Part shown: in pieces, positions 20,899 to 32,878 of the stretch
Layout: every line of letters starts with the position of its first letter
How positions within the stretch are numbered: the stretch's first letter is position 1
Origin: Podarcis erhardii
Lineage: Eukaryota
Length of the DNA stretch: 64,000 bases
NCBI GenBank assembly: GCA_964252035.1
Contig: OZ176208.1
Direction: 5' to 3' (one strand)
Translations under genes and position numbers: made by a program
The notes under the pieces: generated by a model
Databases searched by the model: none
The model's input: the letters and a program-made list of their open reading frames with translations, nothing else
Told to the model about the DNA's origin: nothing

Positions 20899-21166
20899 CA
20901 GGCACGTCCAACAGGTAGATTGTGATCTACCGGTAGATCACTGGACGTCTGTGGTAGATCACTGGCTCCCCCCCCAAAGAAGCTCAACAAGTTTGGCTCC
21001 CCTAAGAAAAGCTCAACATTTTTGACCTGCGTGCCAAAAAAGCATGGCTTTTCCCTCCCTAAAAAAAGTCAACAACCTTGACCTGAACCCCAAAAAAGGG
21101 GGCAGATCACTGCCAGTTTTTAACTCTGTGAGTAGACCGCAGTCTCTTGGGAGTTGCCCACCCCTG
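20899..21166 (+). mobile_element. hAT-type MITE
   Basis: Perfect 8-bp TSD GTTTACAG (20891-20898, 21167-21174); ends CAGGCACGTCCAAC...GTTGCCCACCCCTG; second copy at 55926-56142. Confidence 0.88.
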
Positions 21167-21479
21167 GTTTACAGTATAAAACTAAATGTTAAAAAATATT
21201 GCTAAAACCAGTTAAATGCTGGTATTAAAATATTTAAAAGATGAATAGAAAGAATAAAATAAAGAATAGAAAGAATAAAAAGAAATAAAACACATGCAGC
21301 TTCTACCTGACTGGGTAAGCTTGCCGAAACATTTGTTTAAAGCAGGCGCCAAAGAAAGTACAGTGAAGGGACCAGCTGCCTGCTGTCAATAGGCAGGGAG
21401 TTCCAAGCTTAGGTGCTGCCAGACTAAAATATTGACTTCTTACAAGTGTGACAAGAATACTGCAAGGCACCTGTAATGG

Positions 21480-21740
21480 TGTCAGTTTTACAGATCAAAG
21501 TGGTCAAGGGGGCATATATGAAGCCAGGAGATTCCACAAGTAAATTGGCCCCAAGCCATTAAGGGCTCTATATATGAATAGAAACATCTTGACTTTGGCC
21601 CTGTAGCAAATGAACAACCAGTGCAGAGGTGCCACATGTTGACGGGGTCTCACTCCTTTCAGCAACTGAGCCACAGAATTCTGCACTGGCTGCAGCCTCT
21701 AAGCCAAATTCAAGGGAAGCCGCACATAGAGGTTATATGA
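21480..21740 (-). mobile_element. L2 LINE ORF2 C-terminal fragment (decayed)
   Basis: Translation QNSVAQLL..HVAPLHWL..YRALNGLGPIYL matches the L2 QNAAARLL...LHWLP...YKAL.GLGP.YL motif. Confidence 0.75.
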
Positions 21741-23674
21741 TCTCACATCAAGCAATTCTTACCCCACGTTTTGTATTTCCCCATCACTTTCCTTACCTCA
21801 AAAAGCCTGGTGTTTTTGGTGGTGTTGTTGTTTTGGGTGGTGGTAGAGGGAAGGAGTAGAAGTAGATATGTTGTGCAAGAATGCCAACTCCACACTAATA
21901 ATGGAGCATGAATTTGCTGTTACGTGATGGAACCTTACCTGCAAAATAGCAGCAGTCTGTAAGTGGCCAAACAGGGAAACTAGTTTAAGGAATACAAAGC
22001 TATTGATTACGATAGTGGGCTCATTTAAATCCATGGAAACGAAACCAAAAGGAGGAAGAGGAAGAGGAGGAGAAGGAAAAAGCATGGACAGAACAGGGTG
22101 TTAGGACTTCAAAAGAATTAAACCAACACATTTATTTAGATTTATATTCCTTGGGTCTCTCCCTCTCCTGCCCCCAACAGATTTAAAGATCTATTCTCTC
22201 TATGATTCATGCACACACATAAATCCCATTGATGGAGTGTCTCCAGGTGATTGGATGTGCATTCCAAATAAGGCATGGTGTCAAGTGCATATTCCCCAAA
22301 AGGGCCAACTGGCAACCAATATGTTGTCTATTAGTATGATGAAATTTGTTTCAGCATTTAACTGGTGCACCCTGTGTGCAAAATTGAAGAATTCCATCCT
22401 AGAAGATCTCTTTGCCTTTTACTGAGGCCTCAGACCCCGACATAAGTTTCGCTCTGAGGTACAGAGCGACTTACGTGGGGGTCTGGGGATCACTCCTAAA
22501 GCCAAAATCGCATATAGTCAAATTCAGTGGTGGGTGGGATAGTTAGGTTCAGTGGTGGGTGGGATTGCCAAGGCCTTTTTTCCTGGACACCCACCTCCTT
22601 TCTGCCCCCTTTATAATTTGCAACAAACACTTCAACCCTTCAGGCCTTGGGCACAAACCTTCTGGAAATTCTTACGTGCAAGTTGCATAGAAATGGTACT
22701 GTTTCAATGAGGTTTGTTCAGGAAACCTTTCAGGCAGGCTGTGCCCGTTACATATAAATGGTTTAATATAAATGAACAAAATGGAATGAGCCATCTAGAT
22801 ATGTGGATCTCATTAGCAGAAAAGTATCTCTTGGAAAACCTTGAAACAAATTGCATTAAGTGACAAATCTATTTTAAAAGGAACAGAGAAAAAAAGAATC
22901 TATGTTTCTCTCTTGACCTTTATTTACAAAGCATATTTTCATGACAACAAGATGTTCATTAGGTTTAAAATTAATCTCCCAATTACCTCTCTCTGAAGAT
23001 AGGCTCTGATTTGTATTGGCATGAGCTGCTGTGAAGATGCAACAAGCCTCTGCTCTGCGGTGTCACAAATGAACAAAACAGAAAGATATGATTAATCAAA
23101 TGCCCGCCATGCCAGTGCTTTAAAGCTATGGCAGTCCTGTTACAGAAAAGGTCAGCCAGCAACTTTCACCCCCAGAAATGTCTTGAGGGATGGAGTGCCA
23201 AAGAGTGTCATGCTCCTAAACTTACTGGCTATTATTTCTCAAGGCAAGCAGATGGACAAGTTATGACTCACCCAGAGGTTTCTTTCTCAGTCTTTACCAG
23301 TTAATGGTGTGGGACGTGACCCACGAGAGGCAGTCAAGGACCACATTCCTTGAAATGCTAGAGAAGACATGCGAGGGAAAGTTTGGTCCAGCCAGTCGAA
23401 ACTCCCTGTTCCTCCTGGCCGGAGCATCCTTCCTTTTGCATGTGACACTGACGCTGATGCATCTGACCTGCAGCGGTTATGGTGAAAACATTGAACAGAC
23501 TCACATCTCTGTGCCTTATTCAGTCCCTCTTCAGGACCAGCTTCCAAGCAGAGGGGTGGACTAGTGGTATCCAGGCATTAATATGGGGATCAGTGCAATC
23601 TAATCATCTCATTATGGTCAGGATCTATGAACGATGGCATCACCAAGCAGCAAAGTCCTCACATGGATAGAACA

Positions 23675-23930
23675 CATTTATTTATTTATTTATTTTTAAC
23701 TTAAGGTATAAACCCATCCCTCATCATGCAGATCCCAGGGAGGACACTGCAGACTACCAAACACATACAATAAAATCAATACAATAAAGCAATTCATAAC
23801 ATGCAACACTCACTTGTGTGAGTCACAGAAACAGAAGCTTACTGCATGACCTCACCTCCTCCGAGAGTCTGGATAAAAAGATGTATCTTTAACAGGCATC
23901 AGAACTCAAGGACACTTGGCACCAGGCACA
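23675..23930 (-). mobile_element. L2-type 3' end with (ATTT)n tail
   Basis: (ATTT)n at ~23676-23695 followed by sequence resembling an L2 3' UTR on the minus strand. Confidence 0.5.
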
Positions 23931-24012
23931 TATTTTTATGGTTGTAAGCTGTTTTAAATTGTTTTTAATTTTGTGTTAATGCTGTAACCCAGCTTTGGGT
24001 GAAGGGTGGGTA

Positions 24013-24014
<2 letters not shown>

Positions 24015-24045
<31 letters not shown>

Positions 24046-24053
24046 AAGACAGA
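24015..24053. repeat. (GACA)n microsatellite
   Basis: Direct reading. Confidence 0.9.
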
Positions 24054-24119
24054 CTCTGAGGTCATTCTGGAGGTGTGAGCTTGTTACAGAGAAAGAAAGC
24101 CCTTTCTCACAACATTGTA

Positions 24120-24377
24120 CAGCGGTACCTCGGGTTACATACGCTTCAGGTTACATACGCTTCAGGTTACATACGCTTCAGGTTACAGACACTGCTAACC
24201 CAGAAATAGTACCTCGGGTTAAGAACTTTGCTTCAGGATGAGAACAGAAATCACGCGGCGGCAGCACGGCAGCAGCAGGAGGCCCCATTAGCTAAAGTGG
24301 TGCTTCAGGTTAAGAACAGTTTCAGGTTAAGTACGGACCTCTGGAACGAATTAAGTTCTTAACTCGAGGTACCACTG
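24120..24377 (+). mobile_element. Tc1/mariner-type MITE (same family as 20057-20271)
   Basis: TA|CAGCGGTACCTCGGGTTAC...CTCGAGGTACCACTG; internal 16-bp unit GGTTACATACGCTTCA present three times. Confidence 0.85.
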
Positions 24378-25717
24378 AACTGTGTTCTTGCCCGGGTTAG
24401 CCACAAGAAAGGCTTCTTCCTTCCCAGTCTCAATACACAGGCAGGTTGGTCAAGAGAAATCAGGCCAGAACTGGCCCAGGATGTTCTGCTGCTTCGGGCA
24501 TAACAGAAAAGGACCCCCGCCCCAGCCCACTTCCCCTGCTGCCCCTCCCCCTGCTTCCCACCATGACCCTCTCCTCTGTGCCCACCACACACATCCAAAC
24601 TTGGTAAATGCAATTATGTTAAAAACCTCCTGGTAGGATCTTAGTTGTCAGCCTTCCCTGCTTGCAGCAATTAACATCCCTTTAAAAACCTGGTTGAGAA
24701 CATTTCTGGGGCTCAGGGGTTGTTACTTGGGCCAAAATATTCCCTAAGGGGATTTTTTGGAAGGGGGGCGGGCTGTTAATGGAGGACATAGCTGCGTGAA
24801 AGCCCTATAGGACACACTATTTTGGCATGCAGAGGTGAAATGCTAAGGTTTCCCATGTGGAAATTAAGCATAACTATTTTGCGGATCAAACTTGGGAAGA
24901 ACCCAGACATAAATAACACAATGTCCGCCAGGTTTCCTAGTATGATTTCAGACAAATGGGTTTAACCAAACGTGGATGCTTCGTGGGGTGTTTTTGTGGT
25001 TAGTCCAATTGCTTTCATTATATCTTTATAGCAACAATGTGTCTGCTCCCCATGTGCCATAAAACAATCTCTGAACTGAAGCTCAGCTTCAGAACAGGAG
25101 GCTCCTTTACCATCCTGCATAATAGCATTCTTGTTTGTACTATTCTTACTGAACTTTCCAAACACATGTCATTTTCCCTTTCATTCTGGGAGTGATTGTA
25201 CGCTAAAGCAATTATAGGCAAACCCTTCCAGAGTTCTGAAGACCAAAACATTCTTTGTGTGGAAGCCCAAAGGCAATTATTGGCATTAGAGTTTAAGGGA
25301 GGCATTCCATGTCTCTGATGTAACAGTAGCTTTGGGGGGCATGTTTTAAATGAAGCAATTTGCCCGCTTGGCGAATTCAGCGCAAATTCAAATTATTAGT
25401 ATTACTATTATGCAATGATAAAGATCTAACATGGAAACTTCTTTGATAAAGTACAAAAGCAGTTTTGGCATTCAAAAAAACCCTAAAAGGCAGAATCCAT
25501 TGAGGGGTGTTCTGTGCAAGAGTTAGTGAAACAAACGCGAAAGATGCAAACACTCCCAGTGATTTCAGCAGAATTTGCACTGGATAACTTCCATATAGAT
25601 GAGCTTTCTCCAACTTGGCCTTCCAGATGCTTTGGACTACAACTCCAGTCCTAACAACACCAGTCCGAAAGAATCGTCAATGGCTCCCAGTACGTACACA
25701 CATACACACATTGTGCC

Positions 25718-26105
25718 ACTGGGGTGGCGCTGTGGTCTAAACCACTGAGCCTCTTGGGCTTGCTGATTGGAGGGTTGGCGGTTTGAATTCATGTGACGGT
25801 AGTGAGCTCCTGTTGCTCTGTCCCAGCTCCTGCCAACCTAGCAGTTCAAAAGCCTGCCAGTACAAGTAGATAAATAGGTACTGCTGCAGCGGGAAGCTAA
25901 AAGGTGTTTCCATGCACTTTGGCACTTGTCATGGTGTTCCATTGCGCCAGAAGTGGTTTAGTCATGCTGGCCACATGACCCAGAAAGCTGTCTGTGGACA
26001 AACGCTGGCTCTCTCAGCCTGAAAGTAGAGATGAGTGCCACACCCAATAGTTGAATTTGACTGGACTTAAATGTCCAGGGGTCCTTTACCCTTTACCTTT
26101 ACCTA
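25718..26105 (+). mobile_element. Sauria SINE, near full length
   Basis: GGTGGCGCTGTGGTCTAAACCACTGAGCCTCTTGGGCTTGCTGA head; AGTAGATAAATAGGTAC and GTCATGCTGGCCACATGACC body; (ACCTTT)n-like tail. Confidence 0.88.
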
Positions 26106-27088
26106 AAAGAGCAACCCCTGTGTATGTTCAGCTGCTCATGTACTGGGGCTTCAAACAGTTAGGATCCTAGATTGCATGGGCATCTCAATTGCATGGAGTT
26201 CATCTGCCAGACCAGCTCCATTAACATGTGACCCTGAAATCTCAGATTCCACCCCCCAAAAAACTGAAGCCAAATTTAGTGTTAGTTTTGTGCCATGAAC
26301 TCACATGTTAATGGAACTCTGGCACTGTGCTGATTAGGATGCAAGCCCAGCAGAGAGAGCTACTGTTTGGGCTCAGTCCAAACTCCCACTTTTGTCCTGG
26401 GTCTTCAATACACACAGCAAACAGACTCATGTTTTCTACCAGTGGATTTCTCCCTTTCACCTCAGTGAACTTGACAAGTGATGGAGTCTCTGCATTAGGG
26501 ATGTGTAGCTGATTTGGGAACGGGAAGCAGAAAGAACTAATAAATAGATCGTTCTCACAATGCAGGTAAGTAAGAAGTAGGAGCATGAAACTAAGCCTCC
26601 TGGTGTATATTGTGCTCTAGGAGGCTCAGTTTGGTCAGAATTGAGTTTACACCTCCAGAGTTAACGCTAAATACATTACTTCTGGTAAATGAGCCACCAT
26701 AGCCACTAGAGGACTGTGAAAATTTGTGTTCCAAACTTTTTAGACTCGTCTACCCATGTACTATCTGAAACTAAAAGGGCACATTAATTGCCAGGTGTTA
26801 ATTCCCCCCCCCCCAGCTCTCCTACCCCACTATTGAGATCACCATTTACCTCTTTTCCCCCTGTCATGGTTTTTTAAAAAAGCCTTTCTGAAGCTGGTTT
26901 CATTTGTATTTCAAGGCCTTCATTGGTGCCAATGGTAGCTTTCCTTGAAATCCATGTATCCATTTCAGAAAGACAATTTTTGTTTGGCCTGTTGTTTATT
27001 TTTGTAGTGCCATAAATATGAACACACTTTTACTAAGTAATGTAATCCAAAAAAGGTGTCCCTCCTCCAAGGACCATCCTATCTAACG

Positions 27089-27222
27089 CAGGGGTGAAGA
27101 ACTTGTGGCTATCCAGATGTTGCTGGACTACAGTTCTTATCATTACAGTTCATATGCTGGCTGGGGCTGATGGGAATTGGGGTCCCAACATCAAATGGAG
27201 GGTCACAGGTTCCTCACCCAGT
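27089..27222 (+). mobile_element. Short hAT-like MITE
   Basis: CAGGGGTGAAGAACTTGTGGC...TGGAGGGTCACAGGTTCCTCACCC inverted ends; TSD degenerate (ATCTAACG/ATCCATTG). Confidence 0.65.
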
Positions 27223-27364
27223 ATCCATTGCTGTGGCTGATTCTGGCGCTCTTGGGCCTGGTGGCTCATGTGCCCCATTTGTCCTGGGTCTCCAATACAC
27301 AGCAAACAGACTCACAGCCTTGTCATCCAGTGGGTTTCTTCTTTCATCTCAGTGAACATCCACC

Positions 27365-28912
27365 CTCCAGATGATGAACCATTGATGAGCACCCTTTGGG
27401 TTCGGTCAGTCAGCCAGTTACAAATCCACTGAGTGGTAGCATAGTCAAGACCGCATTTTACCAGCTTCTTTACAAGAATATCATGGGGCACCTTGTCAAA
27501 TGCCTTGCTGAAATCAAGGTAGGCTACATCCACTGCGTTCCCTTCATCTACCAGGCTTGTAATTCTGTCAAAAAACAAGATCAGGTTAGTCTGACATGAC
27601 TTATTTTTCAGAAATCCATGCTGACTATTGGTGATCACAGCATTCCTTTCTAGGTGCTCACAGACTGTTTGCTTAATGATCTGCTCCAGAATCTTCCCTG
27701 GTATTGATGTCAGACTGACTGGGTGGTAATTATTTGGGTCCTCTCTTTTCCCCTTTTTGAAAATAGGGACAACATTTGCCCTCCTCCAGTCTGCCGGGAC
27801 TTCGCCTGCTCTCCAGGAATTCTCAAAGATGACTGCCAGTGGTTCTGAGATCACATCTGCCAGTTCTTTTAATACTCTTGGATGCAGTTCATCTGACCCT
27901 GGAGACTTGAATACATCTAAACTAGCCAAGTATTCTTGTACTATCTCCTTAGTTATTCTGGGCTGTGTTTCCTCTGCTGAATCATTTGCTCCAAATTCTT
28001 CAGGTCGGGCATTGTTTTCTTTATTGGAGAAGACTGAGGCAAAGAAGGCATTGAGGAGTTCAGCCCTTCTGTGTCCCCTGTTTGCATTTCACCATCTTCT
28101 CCTCTGAGTGACCCCACTGTTTCTTTGTTCTTCCTTTTGCTATGAACATACCCATAAAAGCCTTTTTTGTTGCTTTTAACCTCTCTAGCAAGCCTGAGTT
28201 CATTCTGTGCTTTACCTTTTCTGACTTTGTTTTTTTTAAAAAAATGTTTATTAAAGTTTTAGCAAATAAAACAAGCATAGAACAAAAACGAAATACATCA
28301 AAAAGAAAAAATACTTCACACAAAGAAAAAAGAAAGAAACAATAAAAACATAAAAAAGAAAAAATCCACTTTTTAGCTTTATGTTTATATAACTCTCTTT
28401 CTTGACTTCCTCACATTTCCTTTTTTTGTGTTCCCCTTTACACAGTCGAGTTCAGCAAGTCCTTGCCCTCTTTCAAATCTCATTTACGGTTGTATATTTC
28501 AACCTATTATGTCTCCAATTTTCTTCCCTTTTCGAATCAATTTTCGCCATATACATTAGACATAATATTACACTGGTCTTTTCCCCCTTTTCTTTTTAAA
28601 CATTTTTGCATACTCCTTTTAACTATGTCACTAGCTTTTCTGACTTTGTGTCTACATGTGCTGGCTATTTGTTTGAATTCCTCTTTGGTGGTTTCCCCCC
28701 TTTTCCATTTTCTGTACACATCCTTTTTAAATCTTAACTCAGTTAAAAGTTCTTTAGATAGCCACCCTGGCTTCTTTAGGCACCTTCCATGTTTCCGTCT
28801 CATTGGTATTGCCTGAAGTTGTGCTTCTACTATCTCCCTCTTAACAAACTCCCAGCCATAATGAACTCCCTTTCTTTTAGTATTACTGTCCATGGGATCT
28901 CACCCAGCACTT
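27365..28912 (-). pseudogene. CR1 ORF2 linker and RT N-terminal half (segment B), split by an L1 insertion
   Basis: Continues APE with EVLGEIPW-type sequence; KSPGSDELHPRVLKE, PVSLTSIPGKILEQ, QHGF, YLDFSKAFDKVPH; ends at TQRVLINGSSS. Confidence 0.88.
28231..28631 (-). mobile_element. 5'-truncated L1 (3' UTR only) nested in CR1 segment B
   Basis: 18-bp TSD with one mismatch, TA(C/G)CTTTTCTGACTTTGT (28213-28230, 28632-28649); A-rich tail with AATAAA on the minus strand; purine-rich then T-rich 3' UTR. Confidence 0.82.
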
Positions 28913-29881
28913 AGAATCATAGAATCATAGAGTTGGAAGAGACCACAAGGGCCATCGAGTCCAACCCCCTGCCAAGCAGGAAACACCATCAGAGCACTCC
29001 TGACATATGGTTGTCAAGCCTCTGCTTAAAGACCTCCAAAGAAGGAGACTCCACCACACTCCTTGGCAGCAAATTCCACTGTCAAACAGCTCTTACTGTC
29101 AGGAAGTTCTTCCTAATTTTTAGGTGGAATCTTTTTTCTTGTAGTTTGGAACCATTGCTCCGTGTCCGCTTCTCTGGAGCAGCAGAAAACAACCTTTCTC
29201 CCTCCTCTATGTGACATCCTTTTATATATTTGAACATGGCTATCATATCACCCCTTAACCTCCTCTTCTCCAGGCTAAACATGCCCAGCTCCCTTAGCCC
29301 TTCTTCATAAGGCATCGTTTCCAGGCCTTTGACCATTTTGGTTGCCCTCCTCTGGACACGTTCCAGTTTGTCAGTGTCCTTCTTGAACTGTGGTGCCCAG
29401 AACTGGACACAGTACTCCAGGTGAGGTCTGACCAGAGCAGAATACAGTGGCACTATTACTTCCCTTGATCTAGATGCAATACTCCTATTGATGCAGCCCA
29501 GAATTGCATTGGCTTTTTTAGCTGCCACGTCACACTGTTGGCTCATGTCAAGTTTGTGGTCAACCAAGACTCCTAGATCCTTTTCACATGTACTGCTCTC
29601 AAGCCAGGTGTCACCCATCTTGTATTTGTGCCTCTCAGTTTTTTTGCCCAAGTGCAATACTTAACATTTCTCCCTATTAAAATTCATCTTGTTTGTTTTG
29701 GCCCAGTTCTCTAATCTGTCAAGGTCGTTTTGAAGTGTGATCCTGTCCTCTGGGGTGTTAGCCACCCCTCCCAGTTTGGTGTCATCTGCAAATTTGATCA
29801 GGATGCCCTTGAGTCCATCATCCAAGTCGTTGATAAAGATGTTGAATAAGACGGGGCCCAAGACAGAACCCTGTGGCACCC
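28913..29881 (-). mobile_element. CR1 RT C-terminus + 3' UTR + tail (segment C)
   Basis: [52 protein letters not shown]; tail GATTCTATGATTCTATGATTCT; bounded by CACTT at 28908-28912 and 29882-29886. Confidence 0.9.
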
Positions 29882-29886
29882 CACTT

Positions 29887-30688
29887 CCCTAAGTTTTATG
29901 AAGTCGGCTTTCTTAAAGTCAAGAAATTGAATCCTAGTATGTTTGACTGCTCCTTTCCGCTGTATAGTAAACTTCAGAAGAGCATGATCACTTGCGCCTA
30001 ATGATCCTTCCACTTCTTCCCCACTAACCAGGTCATCAACATTGGTTAGGACCAGATCTAAAATGGCTGTTCCTCTTGTTGCTTCTCCCACTTTCTGGAC
30101 AATGAAGTTGTCTGCAAGGCCAGTGAGAAATCTGTTTGATCTTATGCTCTTGGCTGAGTTTGACATCCAACAAATATCCGGGTAACTGAAGTCCCCCATT
30201 ACTACTATCTTCCTTCCTTTTGCATACTTGGCCATCTGTTCCAGGAAGGCATCATCTATGTCCTCCGTTTGGCTTGGGGATCTATAGTAAACTCCCACAA
30301 TGAGGTCACTGTTATTCTTCTCTCCCTTAATTTTGACCCAAATGCTCTCACTTTGGCTTTGAGGTTCTAAATCTTGGATTTCTTCACAGGTATACACATC
30401 CCTGACATATAACGCCACTCCTCCTCCTTTCTTGTCTGGTCTGTTTCTCTGAAATAGATTGTATCCCTCCATTATTACATTCCAATCGTGGGACTTATCC
30501 CACCAGGTTTCAGTGATGCCTATTATGTCATATTTAGTTTGCTGTACCAAGAGCTCAAGCTCATCTTGTTTATTACCCATGCTTTGCGCATTAGTGTACA
30601 GACAATGAAGTCCATTAATCATTCCCCCGTGTCTCTTATTTAAGACTTTTTTCCTCCCACCACTTGGTCTGTGTGCTGTTTGCTCCAT
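29887..30688 (-). pseudogene. CR1 ORF2 N-terminal apurinic-like endonuclease domain (segment A)
   Basis: CLYTNAQSMGNK, IIGITETWW, GGGVALYV, VMGDFSYPD (canonical GDFN reads GDFS here), LDL, SDH; interrupted after [10 protein letters not shown]. Confidence 0.9.
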
Positions 30689-30771
30689 TTAGTCTATGAC
30701 ATTTGGATGATCGTGTTCATCAATTGATAGACTCCTACCTTCAGGAGCACTGTATCCCTCCCCCACGTTAG

Positions 30772-31800
30772 TCAGTTTAAAGCCCTCCTGATGAGGTTTC
30801 TGAGATTTTTGGCAAAAACATTCCTCCCAACCGTTGTGAGGTGCAGCCCATCGCTTGCCAGAAGTCCATCTTCAAGAAACTGCAGTCCGTGATCTAAGAA
30901 TCCAAACCGTTCCTGTTTACACCATTTGCGAAGCCAGGTGTTCACTTCCACTATTTTCCCCTCTCTCCCTGGGACACGTCGTTCAACTGGGAGGACAGAT
31001 GAGATGACAATTTGTGCATTTAATTGCTTCAATTTCCTGCCCAGAGCCTCGTAGTCTCTTTTGCTCTTCTGGAGGCTATTGCTTGCAGTGTCATTGGTTC
31101 CCACATGAACCAAGAGGAAGGGGTATTTGTCAGTGGGTTTTATGATTCCTTGCAGTCGTTCAGTTACATCTTGGATCTTAGCCCCGGGGAGACAGCACAC
31201 TTCCCGAGACATCTTGTCAGGCCCACAAATCATTGCTTCTGTTCCCCTCAGTAGGGAATCCCCTATCACCACTACACACCTCCTCTTAGGTCTGGTCGGG
31301 GTTCTTCCGTGAGCTGTCCGTTCCAAGGTCGCCTGCACATTCCCTGAGGACTGACTATGCTGCTGGTCTTCATATACCTGATCGACTGTAACGAGGGAGA
31401 GATCCTCAAATGGAGTCTGCTCTTCGTCTTCCATGCTAGGGGAGAGGACCTCAAAGCAATTGTGTATTTCTAAACAATCAGAGCGAACCCTGGACCTCCT
31501 ACTACTTTGAGTCACGTTTCTCCATATATCTGGCTCCTGTGTTGGCGAACTAGCCTCCTTCTCAGGGGAGTCCCCTGTCTCCTCCTTGGTGGAAACAGTG
31601 TGCTCTGTTGCTTCCAAGAAGAGCTCCAGCTCTCTAATTCTTTGGAGTGTAGCTACACGTTCCTCCAGTTGCTGGACTTTGTCTTCTAAGAGGGCAATCA
31701 ACATGCAATTGCTGCAGGTAAAGCTGCCTGCAACCTTTGGCAAGATCGCAAACATTGCACAGGAACCGCAGGCGACTGCAGCTGTTCCCTCACCCTCCAT
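30772..31800 (-). CDS. CR1 ORF1 protein (CxxC-CxxC zinc finger, coiled coil, SGNH/GDSL esterase), 342 aa, uninterrupted
   Basis: VACGSC...FTCSNC; LEDKVQQLEERVATL; VVVIGDSLLRG; LPGAK; VHVGTNDT; DGLHL; stop after RRALN. Confidence 0.9.
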   Translation of the reverse strand: MEGEGTAAVACGSCAMFAILPKVAGSFTCSNCMLIALLEDKVQQLEERVATLQRIRELELFLEATEHTVSTKEETGDSPEKEASSPTQEPDIWRNVTQSSRRSRVRSDCLEIHNCFEVLSPSMEDEEQTPFEDLSLVTVDQVYEDQQHSQSSGNVQATLERTAHGRTPTRPKRRCVVVIGDSLLRGTEAMICGPDKMSREVCCLPGAKIQDVTERLQGIIKPTDKYPFLLVHVGTNDTASNSLQKSKRDYEALGRKLKQLNAQIVISSVLPVERRVPGREGKIVEVNTWLRKWCKQERFGFLDHGLQFLEDGLLASDGLHLTTVGRNVFAKNLRNLIRRALN

Positions 31801-32273
31801 CTTGAGAACGTGTCGTTGGGGGTGGCTACAGCGGTCCTCCAACATAAAAAGCGTGAAGACAGGACAAATAACTCCCCCCCAAAAAACCCTAGGTCTCCCC
31901 CAACAAACGTTTGAGACTAGCTCCCCTAAATCTAAAAGATGGATCAAACTGTGCGCGCTGCCCTGCAAGCTCTGATAAGCTCCTCCCACAGCTAATCACC
32001 TGCCTCAACAGAAACCCTGCCCCCTCTAACCTTTGCACAGGGAGAGCAGCTAATCAGCCACAAGAAACACACACACGAGAAAACCCTTTTTGCTCCTTCT
32101 TCAGCTGCTGCCCTGCAAGCTCTCCCTGGAAGCAAAACTTGTTTGCTGATAACTCAGTTCCAGCCAGTTGAAATGGCTATTTTGCTCCACTGCAGCTTAT
32201 TATTTCCAGGTGTCTCTCCTGTCCCTGCCAAGACCAACAGTTACGGGATCAAGGATGTTCCCCTTACACATTA

Positions 32274-32515
32274 CAGTGGTCCCTTGGTTCTCGAATGAAC
32301 TCTGTTCTGGGAGTCCATTCGACTCCTGAAACCGTTCAAAAACCAAGGTGTGGCTTCCAGTTGGCTGTAGGAGCTTCCTGCACTCAAGTGGAAGCCGTGT
32401 TGGACATTTGGCTTCTGAAAAACATTTGCAAGCCGGAACACTTACTTCTGGGTTTGTGGCATTTGGGAGCAGATTTGTTCGGGATCCAAGCCATTCGAGT
32501 ACCAAGGTACCACTG
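32274..32515 (+). mobile_element. Tc1/mariner-type MITE (second subfamily)
   Basis: TA|CAGTGGTCCCTTGGTTCTCGAA...TTCGAGTACCAAGGTACCACTG|TA. Confidence 0.82.
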
Positions 32516-32878
32516 TACCAGGCAAGCTACAAGCCATGGCTATAGTAAGACCAATGACAGTGGAGCTGTATTCAGCTGTCTCCCTGTGAGGTTGCCAACT
32601 GTCTTGCCATCAGTGATGGGTCAGACTCCTCTGGTCAGGTTTGGAACTGGGCTTCAAGAATTTCCCCAAATGAGAAAACAGTTTGGCTTTTCTCCCCCTA
32701 AGCCCAATTCTAAACCAAATCAGGCACCGCCATGCCTTGATGATGTCATCGGAGCAGGCCAAGATATGATTCCCACCCGCTGGTTACTTTAAAAATCTGC
32801 TCTGCTCCCCCCTCCAGCAACCTTGTCTACCTGCTGATCTAGCTTGCTGTTTTGGTGGTGGCAGGCAGCAGTAGAATG

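Larger units (their letters stand above)
27365..32180 (-). mobile_element. CR1 LINE, near full length but with parts in permuted order (5'UTR-ORF1-APE / RT C-term-3' tail / linker-RT N-term) and a nested L1 3' UTR
   Basis: ORF1 esterase at 31800-30772; APE at 30688-29887; RT C-term plus 3' UTR and (ATTCTATG)n tail at 29881-28913; ORF2 resumes at 28912 and runs to ~27365. The 5' boundary is approximate. Confidence 0.9.

Noticed and set aside
26701-26716. CTCF-like GCCACTAGAGGAC (similar at 45242)
   Set aside because: Mismatch in the core GGGC; such partial matches are expected by chance in 64 kb.
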